Positions 48,729 to 58,457 of a DNA stretch of 64,000 nucleotides are shown piece after piece. How positions within the stretch are numbered: position 1 is the stretch's first letter; every line of letters begins with the position of its first letter. Under the pieces are notes generated by a model that saw only the letters and a list, made by a program, of their open reading frames with translations, made no database searches and was not told the origin of the DNA. The stretch lies in the NCBI GenBank assembly GCA_023426935.1, contig JAEZBR010000071.1:12859-76858 (forward strand), written 5' to 3'. This DNA comes from Bacillota bacterium. Its GTDB lineage: Bacteria > Bacillota_I > Bacilli_A > Erysipelotrichales > Erysipelotrichaceae. The position numbers and the translations under genes are program-made.

Positions 48729-50399
48729 ATGATAAGAAAATGGAATGAAGAATCACTAGATCACCGTAATGCCTTACTGTACGCAATGGGCAAAACTGAT
48801 GAAGATGTTAAAAGACCGGTCATTGGGATTGTTAATTCTTGGAATGAAATGAATCCAGGACATTATGCGTTCAAAGATGTTATTGCTGAGATAAAGGAAG
48901 AAATTTATAAGGGTGGTTGTTTACCAATCGAATTACCAGTATTAGGTGTATGTGATGGTATGTGTTCAAATACGTCAGGTGATCGATATACTTTACCGAC
49001 CAGAGATTTGGTTTCATCGGAAGTTGAAACAGTTGCAGAATTGAATGGTCTTGAAGGAATGATCATGTTAGCGACTTGTGATAAAGTCGTCCCTGGAGAA
49101 ATCATGGGAGCGTTAAGAGTAAATATTCCGACGGTCATGCTTACTGGCGGATATATGCTTGCTGGTCATCATAATGGGCACATGATTACCTTAACCCATA
49201 CTAAACAAGCTTATGCGGCTTATATTGCTGGTAAGATTACGCATGAGGAATATAAAGATATCGTCAGACATGCCTGCCCGACGCCAGGAGCTTGCCCGTT
49301 TATGGGAACTGCCAATACGATGTGTGCGACCGCTGAGGTTTTGGGTTTATCTCCTCATGGTAATGCTTCAGTACGTTGTGGCTCACCTGAATGGCATCAG
49401 ATGGCGCGGAACGCTGGCAAACGAATTGCCGAACTAGTAAAAGAAGAAGTTAGACCTTTAGATATCATCGGAAAAGAAAACTTCTTAAATGCTGTTAGAT
49501 ATATGATGGCAACCGGTGGCTCAACGAACAGTATCTTACATATTCCAGCGATGGCTAGACAGGCCGGAATAGATATTACCCCTGAGACCTTTGATGAAAT
49601 AAGTAGAGTAATTCCTTGTATTTCAACAATATATCCTAATCATCCATCATATACAATGGAAGACTTTTCAGCGGCTGGTGGATTAGGTGCCGTAATGAAA
49701 GAACTCGCTAAGGGTGATTTAGTCGATACGAATGCTAAAGGAATGTTCGGAACTTTAGGTGATAAGATTGCCTTGAGCAAGAATGAAAATACTGATGTAA
49801 TCAGAACGATTAAAAATGCATATAGCACTCATGGTGGTTTAGCAGTATTGCATGGAAATATCGGAACGGATTCTGCAATAGTTAAATTTAGTGCTGTCGA
49901 TCCATCAGTATATAAATTTACTGGTAAAGCAAAGATATATGATTCTCAGGACGATGCTTGGAATGCAATCTTAAAAGATGAAATCGTCGCTGGAGATGTT
50001 GTAGTAATCAGATATGAAGGACCAAAGGGTTCACCAGGAATGCCACACATGGAAACATTTATGGCAGCCGTTCTAGGAAAAGGACTGGGAACTAAAATCG
50101 CCTTAGTATCGGATGGACGTTTCTCCGGAGCTACCGGAGGCTTGGCTGTTGGGCATGTAAGTCCGGAAGCATATGAAGGGGGAAATTTAGCTTTACTAGA
50201 AAACGGTGACGAGATTGAAATTGATATCGAAAACCGGAGTTTGAAAGTTAAAGTCAGTGATGAAGAACTTTTAAGACGTAAAGAAAATTGGAAACCGTTA
50301 GTAAAACCGGCTAAAGGTTGGTTAGAATTATATCGTGAGAATACGACCTCTGCCCATCGCGGTGCGACGGTGTATTGGGATCGTGAGAAAAAGAAATGA
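48729..50399 (+). CDS. IlvD/Edd-family dehydratase, probable sugar-acid (aldonate) dehydratase
   Basis: ATCDKVVPG and [12 protein letters not shown] cluster motifs. The DGIAMGH..GM.YSL block of biosynthetic IlvD is replaced by [15 protein letters not shown]. No ilv genes nearby. Confidence 0.85.
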   Translation: MIRKWNEESLDHRNALLYAMGKTDEDVKRPVIGIVNSWNEMNPGHYAFKDVIAEIKEEIYKGGCLPIELPVLGVCDGMCSNTSGDRYTLPTRDLVSSEVETVAELNGLEGMIMLATCDKVVPGEIMGALRVNIPTVMLTGGYMLAGHHNGHMITLTHTKQAYAAYIAGKITHEEYKDIVRHACPTPGACPFMGTANTMCATAEVLGLSPHGNASVRCGSPEWHQMARNAGKRIAELVKEEVRPLDIIGKENFLNAVRYMMATGGSTNSILHIPAMARQAGIDITPETFDEISRVIPCISTIYPNHPSYTMEDFSAAGGLGAVMKELAKGDLVDTNAKGMFGTLGDKIALSKNENTDVIRTIKNAYSTHGGLAVLHGNIGTDSAIVKFSAVDPSVYKFTGKAKIYDSQDDAWNAILKDEIVAGDVVVIRYEGPKGSPGMPHMETFMAAVLGKGLGTKIALVSDGRFSGATGGLAVGHVSPEAYEGGNLALLENGDEIEIDIENRSLKVKVSDEELLRRKENWKPLVKPAKGWLELYRENTTSAHRGATVYWDREKKK

Positions 50400-51400
50400 A
50401 AACCATCTCGGATGTAGCAAAACAAGCAGGTGTGGCAGTAAGTACCGCCTCTAGAGTTTTAAGCGGCAAAGCTAATGTCAGTGCTTCCGCAAGGAAGAAA
50501 GTATTAAAGGCGGCTAAGGAATTGCAATACCGCCCTAATCAATTAGCGAAGAGCTTAAAGATTGGGAAGACCAATATGGTGGCTTTATTAGTACCATCTA
50601 TTGAGAATGCTATCATCCCTGAGATTACCAAGGGAATCGAAGACATTGCTAGACAATCAGGTTATACGGTTGTGCTATGCAATACCGATGAAGATCCAAA
50701 AGTCCAGGCCGAGTATATACGTAAATTACGTAATCAATGGATTGATGGCTTCTTAGTTAGTTCGATGATCGGTGATTATCAAATGTTTAAGGATCTTTCT
50801 GCTGAAGGGGTTCCATTGGTTTTAATCAATCGATTCGAAGATAATAACGAATTAGATGCCGTTGGGGTTGATAATTTTGCCGGAGCTTATCGGGCAACTA
50901 GTTATCTAATCAAGACGGGTAATAAACATATTGCGATTGCGATGGGAAATGAAAATCTTAGATTATATCGTGATCGTTTGGCTGGATACCGAAGAGCTTT
51001 AAAAGATTTCAATATCCAAGTCGACGAAAAGTTGATTCTGAGACAGGAAAATGGTGTGAATGGTTTCTACGCTCAGATAAAAGAATTTTTAGATAAAGGC
51101 AATAGATTCGATGCTTTATTCGCGACCAGTGATCCTAAAGCATTTATCTGCATGCATGCTTTACAAGATTATGGCATAAAAATCCCGGATGAAGTATCTG
51201 TGGTCGGTTTCGATAATGTTTATATGAGCGCAACCGTTAATCCGGCTTTAACAACAATATCCCAACCTTTATATGAAATTGGAGCTCATGCGATGAAGAA
51301 ATTGTTGAATCAAATCGAGGCTAAACGAAAAAATGAAGATTATGTCATGACTTTAGAATTACTCCCAACCGAATTAATTCTGCGTCAATCAACGAGGTGA
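50396..51400 (+). CDS. LacI-family transcriptional regulator
   Basis: N-terminal [27 protein letters not shown] and a periplasmic-binding-fold core. ATGA overlap upstream. Confidence 0.9.
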   Translation: MKTISDVAKQAGVAVSTASRVLSGKANVSASARKKVLKAAKELQYRPNQLAKSLKIGKTNMVALLVPSIENAIIPEITKGIEDIARQSGYTVVLCNTDEDPKVQAEYIRKLRNQWIDGFLVSSMIGDYQMFKDLSAEGVPLVLINRFEDNNELDAVGVDNFAGAYRATSYLIKTGNKHIAIAMGNENLRLYRDRLAGYRRALKDFNIQVDEKLILRQENGVNGFYAQIKEFLDKGNRFDALFATSDPKAFICMHALQDYGIKIPDEVSVVGFDNVYMSATVNPALTTISQPLYEIGAHAMKKLLNQIEAKRKNEDYVMTLELLPTELILRQSTR

Positions 51401-51402
51401 AC

Positions 51403-52248
51403 ATGAATAACCGCTGTGGAATAAATCTTTGGAACTTTGTCAGAGAATATTCTGATCAGGACTCTCAATTAATACCATACGTTGCCAGTCTTGGTTATAA
51501 AGCGGTAGAAATCCCAGTGGTGAATACGAACTTCGATGGTAGATTAATAAATAAACTAGCGAAAGAAAATGATTTACAAGTTAGCTTCTGCGCCTGCATG
51601 ACCAAAGGCCGAGATATTTCTAATTTCGATCCTAAAATTCGTAAAGATACAGAAGATTATTTTAAAAGAGTTATCGAACTTGGGCAGCAAGCTGAAATCA
51701 AGATCTTCTGTGGTCCGTTATACGCAGGTGGTATGAAGTGTCATTACTTGTCGAATAATCAGAAAAAGGAAGAATGGAACTTAGCAGTAATCGGAGTTCA
51801 GAATATGGCGGATTTAGCGGAGAAAGCAGACATTAAATTAGGCATTGAGCCACTTAATCGTTATCGAACCAGTGTCATAAATACCGTCGATCAAGCATTA
51901 GAATTTATTAAAGATGTTGAGCGAAATAATGTGGGGATTCACTTCGATACTTACCAGGCTGCGATCGAGGAGGCAAAACCTTTGGACGCATTGAGAAAAT
52001 GTCATAATAAACTAATTCATTTTCACGCCTCCGAGAATAATCGCTCTATGCCGGGAAATGGTAGTTTACCTTGGAAAGAAATATTTAAAACCTTACAAGA
52101 CATTAACTATTTAGGACACATTACGACGGAGACTTTTATACCGAATAGTTTCGATTCAGCATGGAATACGAATAATATCGATTCTAAAAAGAATGCAGAG
52201 AAGGGAATCAAATTCCTAAAGGAGGCACTTATAAATGTCGAAGCATGA
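51403..52248 (+). CDS. Xylose-isomerase-like TIM barrel protein, ketose 3-epimerase (DTE/DPE) family-like
   Basis: Blocks IEPLNRY..VINT, FIKDVERNNVGIHFDT, IHFHASENNRSMPGNGSLPW and DINYLGHITTETF parallel the metal-ligand blocks of D-psicose/D-tagatose 3-epimerases (from memory). GTG 51397 is an alternative start. Confidence 0.7.
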   Translation: MNNRCGINLWNFVREYSDQDSQLIPYVASLGYKAVEIPVVNTNFDGRLINKLAKENDLQVSFCACMTKGRDISNFDPKIRKDTEDYFKRVIELGQQAEIKIFCGPLYAGGMKCHYLSNNQKKEEWNLAVIGVQNMADLAEKADIKLGIEPLNRYRTSVINTVDQALEFIKDVERNNVGIHFDTYQAAIEEAKPLDALRKCHNKLIHFHASENNRSMPGNGSLPWKEIFKTLQDINYLGHITTETFIPNSFDSAWNTNNIDSKKNAEKGIKFLKEALINVEA

Positions 52249-53608
52249 AAAGTTTAATTTCACTAGTTATGAGCAGTTGGAAGAAAAGATCAAAGAATTA
52301 GGGGTCAATATTAATTTATCTCAGGATCTCAGTCCGTTAGCAAAACCAGTAAAGGTTGGTAAAAAGATTGCAGCTAATTCAATCTCTACTTTACCGATGG
52401 AAGGATGCGATAGCGATCCAGATGGTTCACCAAATGAAATGGTATATCGCCGGTACACTAGATTTTCTGAAGGCGGATATGGTCTAATTTGGTGGGAAGC
52501 TAATTCTATTGTTCCCGAAGGTAAAGCAAACGAATTACAAATGATGCTTACTAAAAATAATGTTGAGAAATTCAAAGACTTGGTTCTAACGATTAAAAAA
52601 GCCGGACACGAGAAAAATGGATATGAACCTTTAAATATTTTACAGTTAACCCAAAGTGGTCGTTATTCTCGGCCAGTCGGTCATAAAGCGGCACCACTGA
52701 TCCCGCAACACGATCCTTTACTCGATCCCTTAGTAGGATTAAAAGGCGATGAGCCAGTCTTAACTGATGAATATTTGGAGAGTTTAATTCCTCATTATGT
52801 TGAATCAGCAGTTTTGGCAAAACAAGCTGGTTACGATGGTGTCGACATCAAATCCTGTCACCGCTATTTATTAAGCGAGATTTTAGCTAGTCATACTAGA
52901 GATGGTAGATTCGGTGGGAGCTTTGAGAATCGGACTCGTCTAATTTTAACCATCATCAAAGAAGTTCGTAAAGCTGTCGGCGATGATTTTATTATCGCTA
53001 GTCGTTTCAATGTCTTTGACGCCCATCCATATCCATATGGCTTTGGTGAAGATAAAAAAGATTTTTGGAAATTTAATCCGGTGGAACCAATGAAGTTAGT
53101 AAAACTGATGGTTGAGAGCGGGATTGATTTACTCTCAAATTCTGCGGGAAATCCTTATTACATTTACCCACAGGTTACTAGACCATTCGATTCATCTTCA
53201 ATGGGAATTCCAGTACCTGATGAGCATCCGTTAGAAAGTATTGCACGATTATTTGAATTCACGCGTCAGATTCAAAAAGCCGCTGGGGACATCCCTGTTG
53301 TTGGGAATGGATATAGTTGGTTAAGACAATATCTTCCTTATGCCGGAGCCGCAAATGTTGCGGATCGTAGTTGTAGTTTTATGGGATTAGGTCGTTCTTC
53401 GTTTGCTTATCCTAATGCACCAAGGGAAATTTTGACTACGGGAAAAATGGATCCGAATAAATGCTGTATCTCATGCAGTAAGTGTACTCAGATAATGAGA
53501 GATCATGGAAGAACCGGATGTGTAGTTAGAGATTCGGCTTTATATGCTCCGCTATATCTACAATATCGAAAAGAGGCTGATGAGCGTGCAAAAGCCCTTA
53601 AAAAATAA
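52235..53608 (+). CDS. Old-Yellow-Enzyme-like NADH:flavin oxidoreductase with C-terminal Cys cluster (enoate-reductase/2,4-dienoyl-CoA-reductase N-module type)
   Basis: CHRYLLSEILASHTRDGRFGGSFENRTR OYE block. C-terminal CCISCSKCTQIMRDHGRTGC Cys motif. AGGAGG RBS. Confidence 0.72.
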   Translation: MSKHEKFNFTSYEQLEEKIKELGVNINLSQDLSPLAKPVKVGKKIAANSISTLPMEGCDSDPDGSPNEMVYRRYTRFSEGGYGLIWWEANSIVPEGKANELQMMLTKNNVEKFKDLVLTIKKAGHEKNGYEPLNILQLTQSGRYSRPVGHKAAPLIPQHDPLLDPLVGLKGDEPVLTDEYLESLIPHYVESAVLAKQAGYDGVDIKSCHRYLLSEILASHTRDGRFGGSFENRTRLILTIIKEVRKAVGDDFIIASRFNVFDAHPYPYGFGEDKKDFWKFNPVEPMKLVKLMVESGIDLLSNSAGNPYYIYPQVTRPFDSSSMGIPVPDEHPLESIARLFEFTRQIQKAAGDIPVVGNGYSWLRQYLPYAGAANVADRSCSFMGLGRSSFAYPNAPREILTTGKMDPNKCCISCSKCTQIMRDHGRTGCVVRDSALYAPLYLQYRKEADERAKALKK

Positions 53609-54617
53609 GATTGGTCGAATTGTTGAAGCGGGGAAAACCGATTTTATTGAAAGAGAAATAAGTAGTATCGAGTCTGATCAAGTGGTGATAAAAGTTGCCT
53701 ACAGCGCGATATGTGGTAGCGACTTGCATATTTTCCATGGTAAACACCCTTCAGTAAAGCTTCCAACGACAATCGGACATGAATTATCGGGCGAAATTGT
53801 TGAAACCGGAGACAAAGTAAAAAATGTTAAAATTGGGGATCGTGTGACTTTGGAACCATGTATTGTTTGTGGTCAATGTGAGGCTTGCAAAAGCGGAAAT
53901 TATAACTTCTGTGAGAACATCTCCTTTACTTATCGTAACGGAGATGGTGCGATGGCAAACTATGTAGTAGCTCAAGGACAACATGTGTTTAAACTGCCAG
54001 ACAGTATCACTTTAAGAAACGGGTGTTTAATTGAACCTTTATCGGTTGCTACCCATGCGGTCAGGAAAGCAGATATTCGATTAGGACAAAGCGCCCTAGT
54101 AATTGGCGTTGGAGCAATTGGCTTATTTATTACTGCTTTATTAAAGAGATCAGGTTGTAGTGAGATTACGGCGGTTGACTTTAATGATCAGCATCTGAAA
54201 TTGGCTAAAGAATTAGGAGCGACAAGTGTTATCAATTCCAAGAACGAAGATTTTGAGAAACGAATAAATGAGATAACCAATAATAAGGGCTATGATCGAA
54301 GTTTCGAAGCAGTTGGAAAACAATCGACCTTTGTTCAAGCAATGTTAAGTCTTAAAAAAAATGGCCTTATGACAGATATTGGTATCTTCGAAGAGCCAAA
54401 CATTATGATTCCAGCCTCGCGGTTTGTAACTCATGAGATTCGCATTCAGGGGGCCCAAGGATATTGCAATGATTTCCCAATTGCAATTGAAATGGCTAAA
54501 CAGATTGATTTGAATAAGTTTATTACTTACGAGTTTAAACTTGATCAATTGCAGCAAGCTTTGGAGACTGCTAATGATCGGGATAAAAACGCTATCAAAG
54601 TGGTTGTTAAACCATAA
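53580..54617 (+). CDS. Zinc-dependent medium-chain dehydrogenase (sorbitol/L-iditol/threonine dehydrogenase-like)
   Basis: ICGSDLH, GHELSGEIV, structural Zn CxxCxxCxxxxxxxC (CIVCGQCEACKSGNYNFC), GVGAIG Rossmann. Start at ATG 53580 behind AAGAGG. Confidence 0.85.
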   Translation: MSVQKPLKNKIGRIVEAGKTDFIEREISSIESDQVVIKVAYSAICGSDLHIFHGKHPSVKLPTTIGHELSGEIVETGDKVKNVKIGDRVTLEPCIVCGQCEACKSGNYNFCENISFTYRNGDGAMANYVVAQGQHVFKLPDSITLRNGCLIEPLSVATHAVRKADIRLGQSALVIGVGAIGLFITALLKRSGCSEITAVDFNDQHLKLAKELGATSVINSKNEDFEKRINEITNNKGYDRSFEAVGKQSTFVQAMLSLKKNGLMTDIGIFEEPNIMIPASRFVTHEIRIQGAQGYCNDFPIAIEMAKQIDLNKFITYEFKLDQLQQALETANDRDKNAIKVVVKP

Positions 54618-54632
54618 AGAAAGGGAGACAAA

Positions 54633-55400
54633 ATGAAAAAAACAGCTGTTATTACGGGAGGAAGTAGAGGAATTGGTTATGCTTGTGTGAAACAATTAGG
54701 ACACGATGGTTATAATGTCGTAATTGTTGACATGAATAAACAGGAAGATTATCAAGAAAACTTTGATGCTTTGACCAAAGCAGGAATTGATTGGATATAT
54801 ATCCATGGCAACATTTGCAGTGCGGAAGATCGAGAAAATGTAGTTAAACTTGCGGTGGAAAAATTCGGAAAGATTGATGTTTTGGTTAATGATGCCGGTG
54901 TAGCGCCGAAAGTTAGAAATGATCTGCTAGATATGACCGAAGATAGTTTTGATCGAGTTGTTGGAATCAATACGAAGGGAACAATGTTTTTTACGCAAAG
55001 AATTGCGAAACAAATGATTACGCAACCGATTGTTGATGGCGTACGTGGTGCGATTGTCAATGTATCATCTTGCTCAGCAGAAGTTTCTTCAATCAGTAGA
55101 GGGGAATATTGTATCTCGAAAGCAGGGGTTTCGATGCTGACTACTTTATATGCGGATCGGTTAGCAAAAGAAGGAATTACGGTAAACGAAGTACGCCCAG
55201 GTGTTATTGCGACGGATATGACTTCAACAGTTAAGGATAAGTATAATAAGATGTTTGCAGAAGGGGTTTTCCCGATTGCTAGATGGGGACAACCAGAAGA
55301 TATCGCTTTAGCAGTCAGTGCATTTGCAGAAGGTAAGTTCCCATATACAACCGGAAACTACGTTGATATTGATGGCGGTTTCCATATCAAGAGATTGTAG
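54633..55400 (+). CDS. Short-chain dehydrogenase/reductase (SDR)
   Basis: TGGSRGIG, NDAG, S...YxxxK (YCISK). Confidence 0.88.
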   Translation: MKKTAVITGGSRGIGYACVKQLGHDGYNVVIVDMNKQEDYQENFDALTKAGIDWIYIHGNICSAEDRENVVKLAVEKFGKIDVLVNDAGVAPKVRNDLLDMTEDSFDRVVGINTKGTMFFTQRIAKQMITQPIVDGVRGAIVNVSSCSAEVSSISRGEYCISKAGVSMLTTLYADRLAKEGITVNEVRPGVIATDMTSTVKDKYNKMFAEGVFPIARWGQPEDIALAVSAFAEGKFPYTTGNYVDIDGGFHIKRL

Positions 55401-55415
55401 AATTAGGGGGTTATT

Positions 55416-57371
55416 ATGAAAGAAACAACAGCACAGATTTCCGGACAGACATTAAAATTGATTAGCTTGAATACGATTATTGTCGGCACTGGCGCTGCGG
55501 GTTATAACACGGCTGATCGTTTATGGCAGTATGGTCAGAAAGACATTGCAATCGTTACTGAACACGTTAATGCAGGAACATCCCGTAATACTGGGTCGGA
55601 TAAACAGACATATTATAAATTATCGTTATGTGGTGAAGATCCTGATAGTGTCAGAAGTATGGCAAAAGTATTGTTTGATGGGCAATGTGTTGATGGTGAT
55701 CATGCCTTATGCGAAGCTGCTTTATCAACTCAATGTTTTCTAAAATTAGTGGAATTAGGCGTACCATTTCCTAAGAATCGTTATGGAGAGTATGTCGGCT
55801 ATAAAACCGATCATGATCCTTCTAGACGGGCGACTAGTGTGGGACCTTATACTTCTAAAAAAATGACAGAATGTTTGGAAAAATCAATCAGAGAAAAGGG
55901 TATTAAAGTATTTGATAATCTTCAAGTTATCCGTATTCTTAAGAAAGATAATAAATGTGTCGGTTTATTATGTGTCAGATTAGATGAATGCCCTGACAAT
56001 GAAAGATATGTTGCGTTTAATGCAACAAATGTTGTTATGGCAACTGGTGGCCCGGCTGGAATTTACGCTAATAGTGTTTACCCCTATGGTCATTATGGAG
56101 CCAGCGGTATAGCTTATGAGGCAGGAGCTGTCGGCAAGAATTTAACGGAGTGGCAGTTTGGCTTAGCTTCAGTTGCGCCTAGATGGAATGTCTCCGGAAC
56201 TTATATGCAGGTTTTACCAAAATTTGTCTCAACGGATAAAGACGGTAATAATCCTCATGAATTTCTAAATGATTTATTTACTGATCGTTATGACATGTTA
56301 TCTAAAATTTTCTTAAAAGGATACCAATGGCCTTTTGATGTACGTAAAGTTGCGACCGGAAGTTCCATTATCGATATTTTGGTCTATATTGAGAGTTCTC
56401 AAGGAAGAAGAGTCTTCTTGGATTTCAGAGAGAATCCGTATAACGAAGAGATCAATTTCGATAAACTTAGCAACGAAGCTAAAGATTATCTTACCAAAGC
56501 TAAAGCAACTTTTGGTAAACCGATTGATCGCTTAAAGCAAATGAACGAACCCGCGATATCTTTTTATAAAGATAAGCAGGTTGACTTAACGAAAGAACCG
56601 TTGGAGATTGCCCTCTGCGCTCAACACAACAATGGTGGTCTTGCGGTAAACTCCTGGTGGCAAACAAACTTAGAAGGTTTGTTTGCAGCCGGTGAGGTAG
56701 CTGGGACGCACGGTGTTTATCGCCCGGGCGGTACGGCTTTGAATGCCGGCCAGGTTGGGTCAACTAGAGTAGCACAATATATTGCAAAGATAAGAACCCA
56801 GGAAGTTTTAGATAATAAGGAATATTTGAAAACTGTCGAAGCAGATATCAAAGAGTATATTTCAATTGGAAACAAATGCTTAACTGATCAAGATACCGTT
56901 AAAAAAATATTTGAAGAAGATACAACCTTAATGAGTAAAGAAGGCGGAGCGATTCGTAACAGTAAAGGGATCAATGAATTGTTAAAGAAGATATCTAGCC
57001 AACTTGAACAATTCAATGAAATCGTTAAGATTGATCAAACAATCAAACTAGGCAAGTTATTCCGATTACATGATACTTTGATTTGCCAACTGGTCTATTT
57101 ATCCGCTTATGTTGATTATGTTAATCAAGGCGGTACTTCTAGAGGAAGTGCTTTATATACTGATCCGCAAGGAGAACTACCATTCAAGAATCTTGATGAG
57201 AAGTTCAGATTTAAATTATCACAAGGTGAACGAACGGATGAAGTCCAGGAAGCTAAGTATAATAAAGGCGAAGTAATATGTTCTTGGCGTAAAGTGCGAC
57301 CAATTCCCCAAGAAGATGATTTCTTTGAAAACGTTTGGCGTAGTTTTAGAGAGAATGAGAATATTTATTAG
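55416..57371 (+). CDS. FAD-binding oxidoreductase of the succinate dehydrogenase/fumarate reductase/L-aspartate oxidase flavoprotein superfamily, substrate unknown
   Basis: N-terminal IIVGTGAAGYNTA dinucleotide fold. GLFAAGEVAGTHGVYRPGGTALNAGQVGS C-terminal FAD block. 651 aa. Confidence 0.7.
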   Translation: MKETTAQISGQTLKLISLNTIIVGTGAAGYNTADRLWQYGQKDIAIVTEHVNAGTSRNTGSDKQTYYKLSLCGEDPDSVRSMAKVLFDGQCVDGDHALCEAALSTQCFLKLVELGVPFPKNRYGEYVGYKTDHDPSRRATSVGPYTSKKMTECLEKSIREKGIKVFDNLQVIRILKKDNKCVGLLCVRLDECPDNERYVAFNATNVVMATGGPAGIYANSVYPYGHYGASGIAYEAGAVGKNLTEWQFGLASVAPRWNVSGTYMQVLPKFVSTDKDGNNPHEFLNDLFTDRYDMLSKIFLKGYQWPFDVRKVATGSSIIDILVYIESSQGRRVFLDFRENPYNEEINFDKLSNEAKDYLTKAKATFGKPIDRLKQMNEPAISFYKDKQVDLTKEPLEIALCAQHNNGGLAVNSWWQTNLEGLFAAGEVAGTHGVYRPGGTALNAGQVGSTRVAQYIAKIRTQEVLDNKEYLKTVEADIKEYISIGNKCLTDQDTVKKIFEEDTTLMSKEGGAIRNSKGINELLKKISSQLEQFNEIVKIDQTIKLGKLFRLHDTLICQLVYLSAYVDYVNQGGTSRGSALYTDPQGELPFKNLDEKFRFKLSQGERTDEVQEAKYNKGEVICSWRKVRPIPQEDDFFENVWRSFRENENIY

Positions 57372-57404
57372 GTATCAATTCTTTTCAACCAAGGAGGTTT
57401 CAAA

Positions 57405-58259
57405 ATGAAAGGAACAAAAGATAATTATTTTCGGACTAGTGATGATGCGATTTTGTATTTTGAAGAGTATGGCAAGGATAAAGGAGAACCAATTGTTTTA
57501 GTACCTGGTTTCTGTTGCTCAACTAGATTTTTCGATAATAATGTCGAAGTATTGGCTAAAGAGCATCATGTTTTGACCTTTGATCCTAGAGGACAAGGTA
57601 ATTCATCCAAAGGATTACAAGGACATACAATTGCTAGAAACTGTACCGATATCAAAGAATTATTGGATCATCTCGATATCAAAGACGCTACGATGTTAGG
57701 TTGGTCAATGGCTGGACAGTTTATCGTAAAGTATTTCGATATGTTTGGAGCATATCGAGTTAAAGCATTAGGTTTAATTGATTGTCCGTTGGGCGCTGCT
57801 CAGGATGAACCGTGGAATGCACATGGTTTAAAGGGATTCAACATGGATTTGTTCAACGAACACTTGAATATGAGTTATAACGGCTATGATGGTTATTGTA
57901 ACTTCTTCTCTCATCTAATGTATGACGGTAATGATGATACTAAAGTTGAATGGTGCACTAAAGAGTTATTAAAGACACCAGCATGGATTAGTTTCGCGAT
58001 CTATAGTGATATGGTAATGCTGAATGGATATGATCTATTAAAGAAGATCGATGTTCCAATGGTTTTCTTTGGTGCTGATGGTAAAGTTACCGCTAATGGT
58101 AAAGCTTTAGCATCCAAGTGGTATCCTGAAGCCGCAGTAAAATCCCCATATAAAGAAAGTCATACCTTCGAGCATGGAGGTCATGTCTTCTTCGATGTAC
58201 ATGCGGATGAATTCAATAAAGAACTATTAGGATTCGTAGATAAAGTTTGGAGTAGATAA
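57405..58259 (+). CDS. Alpha/beta hydrolase (esterase/lactonase-like)
   Basis: HG-type oxyanion region (VLVPGF), nucleophile elbow GWSMAG, C-terminal His (GGHVFF). Confidence 0.8.
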   Translation: MKGTKDNYFRTSDDAILYFEEYGKDKGEPIVLVPGFCCSTRFFDNNVEVLAKEHHVLTFDPRGQGNSSKGLQGHTIARNCTDIKELLDHLDIKDATMLGWSMAGQFIVKYFDMFGAYRVKALGLIDCPLGAAQDEPWNAHGLKGFNMDLFNEHLNMSYNGYDGYCNFFSHLMYDGNDDTKVEWCTKELLKTPAWISFAIYSDMVMLNGYDLLKKIDVPMVFFGADGKVTANGKALASKWYPEAAVKSPYKESHTFEHGGHVFFDVHADEFNKELLGFVDKVWSR

Positions 58260-58279
58260 TTTAGAGAGTATTTTAAAAT

Positions 58280-58327
58280 AAGCTCACCTAACAGTAATCA
58301 ACACAATAATTAGGTGAGCTTTATTTA
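58280..58327 (+). terminator. Terminator of the 14-gene operon
   Basis: 12-bp stem aagctcacctaa / ttaggtgagctt followed by a T-rich tail. Confidence 0.6.
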
Positions 58328-58457
58328 ATGGTAAAATCGAGTTTTTAATCGCTACATTAGAATAATCATATTCTTATTTAGGAGTAATTACATTTGTAAA
58401 AGAATTAATTAAGAATAGAAAACTATGATTTATCTTTTTAAAGCAAGATTGTGAATG

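Noticed and set aside
48729-50399. Calling this gene biosynthetic dihydroxy-acid dehydratase ilvD
   Set aside because: There are no ilv/leu neighbours, the substrate-loop motif has diverged, and the gene sits in a LacI-controlled catabolic operon next to kdgK/eda. It is kept as an IlvD/Edd-family aldonate dehydratase.
49946-50425. 159-aa antisense ORF inside the IlvD/Edd gene. Similar long antisense ORFs occur at 61236-61715, 28400-28834, 19910-20275, 47403-47759 and 54345-54695.
   Set aside because: All are embedded opposite strongly motif-supported genes. They lack RBS and recognisable motifs and have Ser/Pro/Phe/Ile-biased composition typical of antisense frames in AT-rich DNA.
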